This document shows, one piece after another, positions 38,153 to 50,850 of a stretch of DNA of 64,000 nucleotides (positions are counted from its first letter, which is position 1; the number at the start of each line of letters is the position of its first letter). Source of the DNA: Orbicella franksi (taxonomy: Eukaryota). Made by a program: the position numbers and the translations under genes. Below the pieces are notes generated by a model. It was not told the DNA's origin. It did no database searches and saw only the letters and a list, made by a program, of their open reading frames with translations. The stretch covers positions 14,632,001 through 14,696,000 of the forward strand of contig OZ116701.1 of the NCBI GenBank assembly GCA_964199315.1, read 5' to 3'.

Positions 38153-41100
38153 GAGTCCCTGTCCATAAAAATGGAAAATAATTCGGCAAGGGTCGAAAAT
38201 TCGATTTCGTTCATATTTTCATGGTTGATAGGCTAGGGCATGACAAAAACTACTGGATAGTTTTTTTGGCAAAATATCCTTTTATTTCAAAGAAATATGC
38301 AAATTACCAAATTCCGTTAAAATCGTCATTTGACGCACCATTTTATAACACAAGTTTGAGAGCCTCGCATGCAAAACCACATCATTCTTCCATCTTTAAA
38401 ACACTCAAATATTTTTGTGCAATGTTTAAATGTGTACTGGGTTGATTTTAGGGAATGTTGCGTTGTCTTTTTGGGTGCACAATAATTAAATTTCGAAGAC
38501 ATGTATTTCATTCACTTAAAAGTACTTCGTGAATATAATTAATTTTCACCATGTGCGAAACCTTAAAATAGATCAAGCTTCTAGTGATTCAATCGCAGAA
38601 GGATGGTCTACAGATTCCTGTAAAAATTTCTTTGGGCAAATGATTGTGAGCGACGCGAGAGCTTTTCAAAGTACGTCAAAAATGCAAATATTTGACCATC
38701 CGTCGTCAAATTTCAATTTACGGGTTAGACGTGTATTTTAGCATGCGCCACATGACTTGACCTATGTTAAGTTGAAGTAGACAGAGGGCTGATAATTTCG
38801 AAATTTTCTAACCTCATTTGCTGTAAAAGGCAAGTCCAAAGCTGATTTGATGTGTTTCTAGTCGATCTCTCACCATTCGTCGCTCATAAAGCAGAAGTTT
38901 GCTTTTGTTTACATAGCGTCCGATGTACATCGCCATCTGTCAACTTATTTAACGGTCGAATACCATAAATCTGTGACCCTCTTTTGACACATATGATCAC
39001 CACTGCCTCTAAGTCAAAAATGGCTAAGTCATTTGTAGATAGTTGCTTGGTTTTAACTATTACGTTTGATCATCATGGTTTGATGGCTTGAATCCATGGT
39101 TCCTTGTTCGTCACGCAATGCTGTCATCCCATTTTAGGGGGTAGGGGTAGGACAATTTCTATCCTAATAGGTAAGGCTCCGTAAGGCTTGGAATCACTGG
39201 GAGCACACAATCGTGTTCAGTAGGAAGAGATTGAATTAGGAAATGAAAAGAATGAATTGTTTACCATTTCCCCTGTTATCTTTTACTTGACCACCGCTAC
39301 CTACATGCCCTGCGTAATACTGTAACGCTAAACTCATACCTAGGTCTTTTCGCGCTCTGCAATTATTTTTGATTTACATGTAACACAGTGGGCTACCCTC
39401 GGGGAAATGGGTGGTGACCGCTTAATGGGGCTAGCCGCTTAATTAGAGGTTGGTGTACCTTGAATATTTAATTTTTCACTGTCGGGCTATAAATTTCTTG
39501 GTGAACATGGAGTCAATTCAAGACAATCATGATAGACGTGCGTTTGAATTATCACTCGTCATGCACCTTCAATTTCAGAGTCCTATCTGCCATCGCCCTT
39601 TCCGAAACAAAGTTCTTAAATTTTGGGTGGCCGCTTAATAGGAGTAAAGACAATAATGAAACCCTTATCGGAATGACCAAATGGTGGCCGCAGAGGTAAC
39701 CGGTCAATAGGTGTTTTATTTACAATATTTTACTGACAATAATTTTGGACTGTATTGACAACAGTCCACCATTTTCTGTTACATGCCAATGCCTCGCCAC
39801 TAAGCAAGCAAAATACGCCAAATAAAACGGCATGGCCTGGGCTATTTACTGACGTAATTACTAATTAAATTTAGTCTGTTTTTCTCACAAATTAGACACG
39901 TGATTTCCTATTTTTATTTCAGCTAGTTCTTGCTTCATTGATCTATAATTTGTTTATGGCGATTTTCTTAAAATTCTAGAGAGTACAGGCACTAGCTTTA
40001 TCAGCTGTTGTCTGAAACGTCAGAACGTACAACAAACGTGATTTGGACCGAGGCCATGTACACTATAGAACACGATTATATAAATGTACACATATTATTA
40101 CATATATGAATAAACAGATGAACAATGATTAAATTGTTTCACTTATCCTGAGAGTACTCTATACAAAACAGATCAAAATGTGCAGCATATGCCGTGACAG
40201 CATTGCGTGGCCAACAAATAACGGCTGTAAGATTGTGCTGCGCCCACACGCTTATCAGCAATGGTCAGGAATCGATCAAACGCAATATTTTGGCAAAGCG
40301 TAAAGCAAGCAACTATCTCCAAATGACTCAGCCGTTTTTTGACTTAGATGCTGTGATGTTCATAAGGGCAGAAAGATGGTCACAGATTCATAGTATTCAA
40401 CCAATAATAGGTTGACATTAGGCGATGTACATCGGACGTTAACCTTGTGTAAACAATAGCAAACTTCTGCTTTATGAGCGACGAATGGTGAGAGATCAAC
40501 TAGAAACACGTCAAATCGGCTTTGGACCTGCCTTTACCAACAAATAAGGTTAGAACATTTCGAAATTAGCAGGTCTGTGTCTATTTCAACTTATTATAGG
40601 TCAAGTCGTGTGGCGCATGCCAAAATATACGTCTAACCCATAAATTGAAATTTGACGACGGATGGTCAAATATTTGCATTTTTGACATACTTTGAAAAGC
40701 TCTCGTGTCGCTCACGATCATTTGCCCAAAGAAATTTTTACAGGAATCTGTAGACCATCCTTCTGCGATTCAACCACCAGAAGCTTGATCCATTTAAAGG
40801 TTTCGCACATGGTGAAAATTAATTATATTCACGAAGTACTTTTAAGTGAATGAAATACATGTCTTCGAAATTTAATTATTGTGCACCCAAAAAGACAACG
40901 CAACATTCCCTAAAATCAACCCAGTACACATTTAAACATTGCACAAAAATATTTGAGTGTTTTAAAGATGGAAGAATGATGTGGTTTTGCATGCGAGGCT
41001 CTCAAACTTGTGTTATAAAATGGTGCGTCAAATGACGATTTTAACGGAATTTGGTAATTTGCATATTTCTTTGAAATAAAAGGATATTTTGCCAAAAAAA

Positions 41101-41217
41101 CTATCCAGTAGTCTTTGTCATGCCCTAGCCTATCTACCATAAGAATATGAACGTAATCGAATTTTTGACCCTTGCCGCGAAATTAAGAATTTGTCTGATT
41201 TTTACAGGCAGGCACTC
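38153..41217. mobile_element. Foldback element with ~800-bp TIRs, TTAA TSD, GA..TC ends (Kolobok-type by ends)
   Basis: 38153-~38950 is the inverted copy of ~40405-41217. TTAA at 38149-38152 and 41218-41221. Excision restores HIYFKKLPGAVH in frame. No coding interior. Confidence 0.85.
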
Positions 41218-41221
41218 TTAA

Positions 41222-42920
41222 GAAGCTACCAGGAGCAGTGCACAATGGAGAAGCCTTGCAGAAACTTGCAGGACTGGAGTTTGTCTTTGAGGCAAAAAAA
41301 AAAAAAAACAGTGAAACAGGAGGCATGAATTGGCCTGGTAGTGCTGTCCTGTATTTAAGGCCAGGTTGTCCAGTAATGCTGGTTTGGAATTTGAATGACA
41401 AACTGAAAAATGGCAGCAAAGGAGTATTTCTTGAGTGTGGTACTGATGATAAACTCAAAGTATGGTTTCCAGACATTGGCTCAGTTCAAATCGAAAGGCA
41501 GTTGTGGTTCAAAAGGAAGAGGCAAGGGAACATTGTTGAGAGTATATGTAAGTTTCCTCTGGTTTTGTCGTATGCTGTTACATGTCATAAGTCCTAAGGT
41601 CTTACACTTCTGGCTGCTGTTGTACATTGTGCGAATGAGTTTGTTCCTGGGCTTACATATGTAGCTTTATCGTGGGTGAAAGAGCTAAGCCATTAGCAAG
41701 TGTTGAATTTTAAAGGGCAGTCTTTACTTCCTCCAGATCCAGAAGTGCTGAAAGGATATTCCACTGTTCTAGGTGATTCGTTCAAGGATCTACTCCTGCC
41801 GCAACAAGAATCTTTCTGTTCATTTTTTCACTGTCCAAGACTATTACAGCCTGGAAGAGAAAGACGACAACAAAACTTTCACATTTCCGGAACAGTTATG
41901 TGATGATCCTTTTGCATCGTACTATGAGCAAGATGATGAGGAAATGGTGAGAGACATTGTACAAGTATACCATGAGCTTTCAAAGCTTGATTCTAAACTT
42001 CCCACGCCACCTGACTCTGTGGCAGTAACAGATATTCTCGCGTCCGTGAAAATTGCAAAACTGTTAAGTAGATTAGCACGAGACAGAAATGCTTGTCTCC
42101 AGCCGCTGGCTGAAGAAAGTTTCGAAGGTAAGACAACTACTTTCTTGAAACTGGTATGGCTCTGCTATTATCAATTTTTCAAAGATCATGTCATTGAAAA
42201 CCCCAACAAAGTGATCTTTAACATTTCACAAGGAGCGTTCACTGGTTGTACAGCCAAGGTTCACAGTTTCCTAAATTCTCCCGAGTTTGATGAGTATTTG
42301 AAAGGCCTATTTAATTGCCATGAAGTAAGGCATTCCCAAGAAGAAGTTGCAAGTGCCTTAAGTATGAAGCTGTACAATTTGTTCCTGGGAAATTTAGTGC
42401 AGATCATCTCCAGCAAGCATGAAACAGAAAGTGAAGAGCCTCTTAGGTTCAACGTCTCTGAAATGGCCGAACCGGGAAAAGCCAAAATCAGGCAGATTGG
42501 TAGATGGGCAATCAGGAGGTTGCTAGAAAATGAGAGAAAATATGCCACAGACAACATCCACACCAAAGACAAGTGCATCTTGCAGAAAGCGGAGGAAAGT
42601 GTTTCAATCTGCGACCTCATCAAGGAGACCTTTCTAATACCCTATACACAATGAGAAAGCTCCACCAGCCAACCTGAGATGCTGGCTGTAACTGAGGCGA
42701 AGCAGTTTCGGGAGAGAGGGCTCCTGCATATTTCTTATGCTTGCTTCAAAGTGTTCATGCTTGTGGAGCAATTACGAGTTGATCTTATGAATTCACGCAA
42801 ACTTCAGCAACACAAGCAAGATCTCATTTCTTGAGCCTATGAAGAGCTGACCAAAAATGAAGAATTAAAAACTCTCTGGCATGCCTGCTTTTCTGAAGAT
42901 AATTTGATCACGAAAAAGGT
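41222..42920 (+). pseudogene. PIF1-like helicase C-terminus fused to an unknown C-terminal domain
   Basis: LRPGCPVMLVWNL..LKNGSKG..FPLVLSYAVTCHKS*GLTL..YVALS, continuing into the ORF with KIRQIGRWAIRRLL and FRERGLLHIS. Donor-like GTGAGT near 42919. Confidence 0.8.
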
Positions 42921-43831
42921 GAGTAAAGTGAGCTTTAACACAGAGGGCTTCCGATAGGTCGTGGAAAAAAACAGCCTATTTTGTGGGAATTTTTGGGGCA
43001 AATTTCACGAAAAAATGGTGGGCAAATTTTGCTGGAAAGTGATCGGTTTTGCACTGATTTTACAAACATTTTTAATGAAAAAAGACACAAATTTAGCCCT
43101 TTTGTGGAAAATGACGGGTGTTAGCTTATGCCATAACAACAGTAAAAGAAACACTGAACACTTATAAAAGTGTTGCCTTCCTATAACCTCATTGAGCACG
43201 TGGTTCTTTTTAACCAGGATGATCATTTGCTCTTTCAACAACAATGCACTCAAGAAATGCGCCAATGTCAAAGCTTTTTACATCGTGGCCACTGCCCAGT
43301 TTTTTTCAACATTAGTCTACATGTAAGAACGCCTAGTAGTTTTGGGATTTTGTTTACTCGATGCAGTAATGGAATTTCCAGCTAATACGGAAGTTTATGG
43401 CAAGTTATCAGCCTCAATAGCCAAGATAAGTTTCAAATATGATGTACCAACAAGTATTCAGTAAGATTTGTAGCACATTTTGAGGTATTTTGCTTGTTAT
43501 TGAGAATTTTGAGGGATTTCGTGGATTTGTTTCATACTCAAAATTCACTGCTACATGACTGCCCGAAATTTCAGAAGCCCTGTTAATACCTTATCTATAC
43601 TGTGTAACATGCATTTCTGTTATATATCAGTTCAGTAACAGGTATCATAACCACAAAAGTTGTGAACTACTAGCTCTAGTACACCCTCTTGTGCCAGACA
43701 GCACATTTTAATTCCTAAGAAATATAACTAAATTTTACCAGTGGCTGTAACCTTAAGTCTTTTAAGCTTATTTGTGTTGGACAATTTTTGAAGACAGATT
43801 AAGCAATGTCAATATAATTTCAAAATCTTTT

Positions 43832-43987
43832 ACTCATGAAATTGTACTTTCAGATCAATAAAAGTGAATGACACACTAGCTGCCTTAAGTGCTCATACGG
43901 AACAAAATCTTCCACTCATGAAATCATACTTTCAGATCAATAAAAGTGAATGACACACCAGCTGCCTAGTGCTCACACAGAACAAAA
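43832..43987. repeat. Two-unit ~82-bp tandem duplication
   Basis: ACTCATGAAA..CAGATCAATAAAAGTGAATGACACAC..GAACAAAA occurs twice. Confidence 0.85.
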
Positions 43988-44485
43988 GGCCTCACAATAA
44001 CATTAAAGAGGAAAATTAACTTAAGTGTAACAACCAATCATTCCTATTGCCAATGCTAGGTCAAAACATTTGTTGAATGTTGAGAGGCATAAAGTGCCTG
44101 TCAGCAAAAATGAATCACTACTTTTGAATTGGAAATTCACACTTTTTTAACATGGTAATTTACACAAGATAATGGTTGACATAGTCTGTTTAATTAGAAA
44201 ATCACCTTGTACTATTATTTCTGGGCACATGTAAGCTACATGCAGTTAAATCACTAAACTTAATCTCAGCATTGCTTTTTCTGCTGATGACTGTTTGCCC
44301 AAATCGAATGGAAATCTGTGTGGATTCTTGTTGGTGTTACGTTGGGTTGTTATTTTGGCCGTTACAGGCTATAACCTGGCTATACCATGCACGATTTAGG
44401 GTTGATGAAAACACACCACTAAATTGTAATCGGTTAGTAACCTTTACACGTTACATAAATAAGTATTCATATGTGAGACGAAAAA

Positions 44486-44939
44486 CTTATAATCGTAGGG
44501 TTCCTGCACATACACGACTTTCATAATGGCGGACCACTCGTGCGGAATGGTAACTACTAGCATCAGAGCAAGACTAGTAAGGCCACATCGAGAGCGCAAA
44601 CATGGCAAATGTATGCTAATGCATGTAAATGTGTGCAAATTCTTTCTTGTATGTAGCCGGTGTTTTATCTTATCATTTGATACTTGAAGTCCGAGCTTGT
44701 CTTCATATTAGTGTTCACCTGGAGAGGAAATTCACAGTACTTTTGTATTTGTGTGGAATTATGCCCATGAATTGTTGCGTGCCACTCTACACAAAGAAAG
44801 ATTATCGGGACAAAAAATGGCGATAAGGTGTCTTTTTTAAAGTTTCCCAATGGAGAGATTCGGCGAAAGAGGTGGATTCATGCCATCAGAAGAGATGTTG
44901 GAGAACATTTTGAAATAAAAGACACAACAAAGGTTTGTT
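44486..44939 (+). repeat. 454-bp direct duplication (second copy 48795-49247) flanking an L1
   Basis: Includes ~25 bp of flank, the ISL2EU TIR and the THAP start. Roughly a dozen differences between copies. Confidence 0.92.
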
Positions 44940-47900
44940 TTTTTAAATTTATTTTTATTTTTATTTTTATTTGCAATAACACAAGGGAAACCAATGCTTA
45001 CTTACAACACTAACTCTATTTACATTATATTGCTCTAATTATTTACACTATTTAAATTACAATAACTTAATGACTTACATTATTAACAAATACAGTTACA
45101 CGACTTACACAATTAAGAAATACAGTGACAACAAGGGGCAAAGAAAAAAAAGCTGAGAAGAAAAATAGCTAGTTATCATTACAGCTTGAGGTTGTAGTAC
45201 AGAAATGTAAAAAAAAACAGACCAAAGGCATGTGGTACATTAAAAGTAAAATGAGTTATGCATCTGACAGGAGATTAGAAATAGATTAATGGGTAGGAGA
45301 TAGATAACCCTACAGAAAATATAATCTAAAATATGAATTAAATCCTCATATATCCTGTAAGAGGTTTCCATTTCTTTGTGTCTCCACTTTTTGTTTCTAT
45401 CTCATATTGTGATTTTAGTGTGCATACGAAAAGCGTAAGATTTGGATGATCATCTTTTGTTTTAGCGAGCCATATGTGATATCGTGCTAAGAGAAAGCAG
45501 TAATTTATAAGAAGCGCAAATTGAGAGATATCTGGCCTCAGACCCAAAGCAGTAATTTTTGTCAAAGCATAATCTCTAGGAAGTAAATTTAAGTTTTTCA
45601 GCCATTCAGTAAGTTTATTCCAAAAGTGAGATGTTTGGCGGCATGACCAAAAAAGATGAATTGTAGACTCAGAGGAGGTGTGACAAAAACTGCACTTTTC
45701 ATCGCCCTGTAGACCTATTCTAAATAAAAAGTTATAGGTTGGTACACGTCTATGTAAGAATTTAAACTGAAACTCTATCAGCTTAGTGCTCTTTGTGTAT
45801 TTTTTAGCTAAAAGATAGGCAGCATTCCAATTTATGTTGTCATTTATTGGTAGGCCACAATCCTCTAGCCACTTCTTTTGACTTGACTCTGGGGTTAAAC
45901 TCTTGTTACTGATCAGTTTTTTATATATTATTGTAGTTGCTTTTTTGACCTGCAAAATTCTTGTTGTAAGTGGCTCATATTCTTGGTCGGTGTTCTGTAA
46001 ATCTTGAAAATTAGAATCAGTCCGAAGAAACTTAACAGCCGATATTAATCCGTAGAAGCTGAGAGGGCGAGGGTCTATTTCATACTGACAGCGGAAATCA
46101 TTTAACGAGAGAAAGTTGTTGTCCGGTCCTAAAAGATGTTTCACCCAAGTTATTCCCTTGGTGAACCAATTTTTTAAAAAAACTGTTTTGTTGGCTATCT
46201 TTATTAGAGAGTTATGCCAAAGTTGTTGATCCAGAAAGTGATCTTTCGATGTTATTTCAGGTTCAAAGTTAACTTCCGCCCAGATTCCTAACAGTCCTTT
46301 TAAAAAGGCATCCGAAGTTGTTATTGTTGATAAGGTGTCTCTAACATTGAGGTTGTAGGAAAAAAAGTTTTGACAGCCATATTTTTTTAGGGTTGTATCA
46401 AGAAAGATTTTCCATTTTCCCTTATTGTTGTTATCTAAATATTTTTTAATCCATGTGGTTTTGAGGGATTTGTTGAAGGAACTAATATCAATCATTTTTC
46501 CAACATTTCTTCGCGTTTCCTTGTTGTCACGTTTTTTGTATGTAGCATAAGATATTGATTTTTCTCGCACCTTTAATTTAATCATCTCCCAAAGCAGAGC
46601 TGGGTTCACAGAGGTGTCGTCTTTGTATTGTTTCACAGTGCTTTCAATTGTTGTTTTAATTTCTTGGACATATCTCATTTCGGATAAAAGGGACGTGTTC
46701 AACTTCCAAAAACCTTTGCCTCTGGGGTTCAAGTGTAAAGCTAGATTCAGAGTAATCGAATGATCTGTTTTGAAACCAGGAAAAATATCTGCATGGGTCA
46801 CATCACATAAAGATGATTCACTTACTAGAAAAAAATCGAGTCGGCAATGTATGACTGGTTGGTTTTGGAACCAAGTATATCTCCTGGCTTCTGGGTTGAA
46901 AAGTCTCCAAATATCAGTCAAACCAAGATTTTCAGAGAAATCTTGAATCACTTTTAAGGCATTTTTGTGTGTTCTGGCAAGGCCACCCCTCTTGTCTTTT
47001 TCGACGTCAAGAACTAAGTTAAAGTCCCCACCAATTATAATTTCACCACATTTAAAGTTTGATAAATGATCGAAAAAAAACCTGAAAGAAGTTTGGATCG
47101 TCTTCATTCGGAGCGTAGATGTTAGCCACAGTCAGACGCTTGCTATCAGCAACGATATCACATATTAAAAAGCGTCCATTCGGATCCGAGAAAACCTTGT
47201 GGATCTGGCAATTGAAATTATTATTGAAAAGAATACCAACCCCTGCTTTGTTGCTGATGCAGCAGCTGAAGAGCGCTTTGTACCCCCATTCACAAGACCA
47301 TATATCGGTAGTTTCTCGAGAACAATGGACCTCTTGCAGCATATATATAGATTGCTTTTTCGCTCTCAGCCAGTTAAACACCTCTTTTCTTTTGGCATTG
47401 TTTCCCAATCCCCTGACATTGAGGGAAACTATTTTCAGATCTGTTGTATTGTGAGTAATGAAGGAGGCTGAGTTGACTGTTTTGCATTTTCACAATAAAA
47501 GATATCTAAATGACCACATGCCTTTAAACTATTGTTAATTAGATAGATTTTTATGCCCTGGAGACAGTAAAACAAAAACACACACAAAATGAATAAAATT
47601 ACTAAGGACTTATGGTGGAGAAATTAGGCAACTTGATTGCTTGCTACAGCAAAAAAGAGAAAAAGCCTGCAACTCTATTAGCCCGTTTAAGTTGCCGACC
47701 ACCTCTAATTGGTGAAAAGCATATTGGCAATAACGAAACAGAGAAGTTTGAACAATTTACCAGTCAATCTGAACAAAGTTTATTTAGTGTTAATTAAATA
47801 GTAAATTTTTGCCCGATCGGCCACAATTTACCTCTGATATACAATTTATCCGGTTGAGATTGGCTGAAGGAGGCAGCAACTCCATTTTTCCTGGACTCCT

Positions 47901-48794
47901 TAAAGGTTCCCATCTGTACTTTTCGACGGGTAATGATTTCCTGGGGAAGGTCTCGGAACATTTGAAAGTTAGTGCCTTTAAGCCAGTGACCCAGTAAAAA
48001 GATCTGTTGACAGTCTTTATATCTAAGGAAACGGGCCAGAATAGGACACGGATTTCCATCCTTGCTTTTTCTGATGTGATGTACTCGCTGAATTTCTACA
48101 TTCCTTGCATCCCTGTAACCAAGATCACGTTCCAGAAAAGTTCAGAGAACTTCTTCGGTGTCTTCACTAGTGCGGCCTCCTATTTCTGTCGATTCTTGTA
48201 TGTTCGTGAATTTGATATTCTCCCGGCGAGAGTAGGCTTCTAAGTAAAGATTTTTAGTGTGGATCTCGTCTAACAAATCCCCATTTTTCTGGCATTTTGT
48301 CGTGAGCTCTGCTAATTGAGTTTCGTAGAGTCGATGCACCTTCTCCATAGCTTCTGTCTTATCCTTGAGTTGTTGTCCAGTAAAGTTAATCCCTTCTTTT
48401 AGATCGTCAATATCTTTCTTCGCTGTTGTTTGGAAATCTTCTAGCCTTTGGGTTTGTTTCTCTAAGTTCTCGAGATTGGCTTCAATTTTCTTCACGGCAG
48501 ATTCCATTGAATCAAGCTTTTCCAGCTTTGCTAAGATTGCTTGTAGAGTTGCACCAACATCTTGTGTCATACTGAGAGCTGTCATTATTTCGTCTTCGTG
48601 ATACGTTGGCAAGGAGTATGGCTTCGTTTTTTTGATATCAGGCGAAAGAGATGATTTGTCGGAAGAGTCTGAGGATATGGTTTTTCTTTTGCTCAAAAAC
48701 TGACCGAAAAAAATGGCCATTTACCAAAAACAGAGCAGAAAGATCGGCGGGCGGCAGCAACGCACGTCTTTATGTCGCCATTACTCGACCCAGT
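44940..48794 (-). mobile_element. L1/Tx1-clade LINE with ORF1 and RT-deleted ORF2
   Basis: ORF1 (48720 to ~47800; coiled coil, EAYSRRENIKF). APE endonuclease LQEVH, NIYAPN, GGDFN, RLDFF, TDH. Jumps from REKSISY to MIDISSFNKSLK near 46500. C-terminal CSFC..HLFWSC; A-rich tail at 44940-44972. Confidence 0.9.
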
Positions 48795-48820
48795 CTTATA
48801 ATCGTAGGGTTCCTGCACAT

Positions 48821-50560
48821 ACACGACTTTCATAATGGCGGACCACTTGTGCGGAATGGTAACTACTAGCATCAGAGCAAGACTAGTAAGGCCACATCGA
48901 GAGTGCAAACATGGCAAATGATGGTAATGCATGTAAATGTGTGCAAATTCTTTCTTGTATGTAGCCGGTGTTTTATCTTATCATTTGATACTTGAAGTCC
49001 AAGCTTGTCTTCACATTAGTGTTCACCTGGAGAGGAAATTCACAGTACTTTTGTATTTGTGTGGAATTATGCCCATGAATTGTTGCGTGCCACTCTACAC
49101 AAAGAAAGATTATCGGGACAAAAAATGGCAATAAGGTGTCTTTTTTTAAGTTTCCCGATGGAGAGATTTGGCGAAAGAGGTGGATTCGTGCCATCAGAAG
49201 AGATGTTGGAGAACATTTTGAAATAAAAGACACAACAAAGGTTTGTTCCAGGCATTTCAGGGACAGTGATTTTGTTAAGACCCTCGGCGGCCAAAGAGGT
49301 CTGCAAGCTGATGCTTTTCGTTCGGTGTTTCAGTGGACTCACATCTCTCTTCAAAAGTGTAAGACACCAACCTAACGAGAAACTGTCACAGAAACAAGCC
49401 ACGTTATTTTTCAAGAACCTGAACCGCAAGAGGATCTAAATTACTCAGAAAATTTAGTGGATGAAGCTGAAGAAGAATGTGTGACCCACTGTGAAAATGT
49501 GAAAATTGATACAGAGACTCGAACAGATGAGATACAGGAGGACATCGAAACAGCTCTAAGACAACAACTAGCAGATCTTAAAAGTGAGCTTGAAAAGGCC
49601 CATCGACGAATTGAAGCTCTGCAAAATCAACTGGTTAGTGTAGAAAGATTTCAAAACAATAGCAATGCCATCAACTTTTACACTGGATTTGCTAGCTGGG
49701 ATGTGTGTATGGCTGTTTTTAAATACCTCAACCCTGGTGGTAAGGGCAAAAACATTAATGATTAGCTTTCTTCAAAACCAAATGTGTCTTGAGATGTTTA
49801 TGACGAGGATGGACCAGGACAGAAGTAGATCACTGAGACCAATTTATGAATTTTTCCTTGTGATGTGTAGGCTAAGACAAGGTTTTCCTGAAGAGCACTT
49901 GGCCCACTTTTGTCATGTTTCAATATCAACAGTTAGCAGAATTTTTATTACTTGGATCAACTTCATGTACTTAAAACTAGGGCAGATAAACATTTGGCCT
50001 TCAAGGAAGGCTATTGATGATACGATGCCCAAAGATTCAGCTCTACGAGAGTAATAATATTATAGATTGCACTGAGGTGAGATATCAAATGCCCAGCAGT
50101 TTGCATTTGAATGGGGAGTTGATCAGCAACTGTAAACATCACACCACCCTAAAAGGGTCAATTGCCATTTCTCCTGAAGGAGCAATCACTTTTATCAGCC
50201 ACTGGCAGCATATCAGACAGGGAGATTGTTGTCAGCAGTGGATTGCTAGATCTGCCTTATCAGGATGGAGACTCAGTCATGGCTGACAAGGGCTTTACAA
50301 TCTAGGACTTCCTGCCTTTAGGAATATCACTAAACATTCCTCCCTTTCTTGGAAGCTCTGATCACATGCCAGCACAAGATGTTATCCGCACACAGGAGAT
50401 TGCAAGCCTGCGTATTCATGTTGAGGGTGCTATTAACAAAATTAAAAACTTTCACATATGGGATAGGGTAGCGCCTCTCCATCAATTTGCACTGGTGAAT
50501 CAAATGTGGGCAGGTTGTGCCATCTTATGTAATGCACAATCAAGTATATCTATTTAAATT
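48821..50560 (+). pseudogene. ISL2EU left end with THAP-HTH-DDE transposase, decayed
   Basis: TIR ACACGACTTTCATAATGG after AT; MPMNCCVP..FFKFP..WIRAIRR..VCSRHF; IIDCTE, MADKGF, RIHVEG. Confidence 0.85.
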
Positions 50561-50662
50561 CAATGCTATTGAAAATGAAGAAAAAAGTGTTTATTACTAT
50601 ACATGGTATCATTTACTTACTTTTTGAATTTATGAATAGAAAAGGACAATAAAATAATTTAA

Positions 50663-50850
50663 TGTGATGTCCAAGAAAAAAAATCCATACTCTCACTAGG
50701 TGGGTGTCTTTTGGTTTTGAATTCCCACCCCCACCCCGCCCCCAACAGTTCATGCATTTCTTTAAAAATTTTAGTCTTTAAAATCCCTCTCCCCCTTGGA
50801 ATTTCAAGTGACCTTCCTTGTGTAGGGTATGGATATTTGTGAAACCACAC
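50663..50850. mobile_element. MITE, same family as 4641-4779
   Basis: TGTG..AAAATCCATAC / GTATGGATATT..CCACAC ends. Confidence 0.55.
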
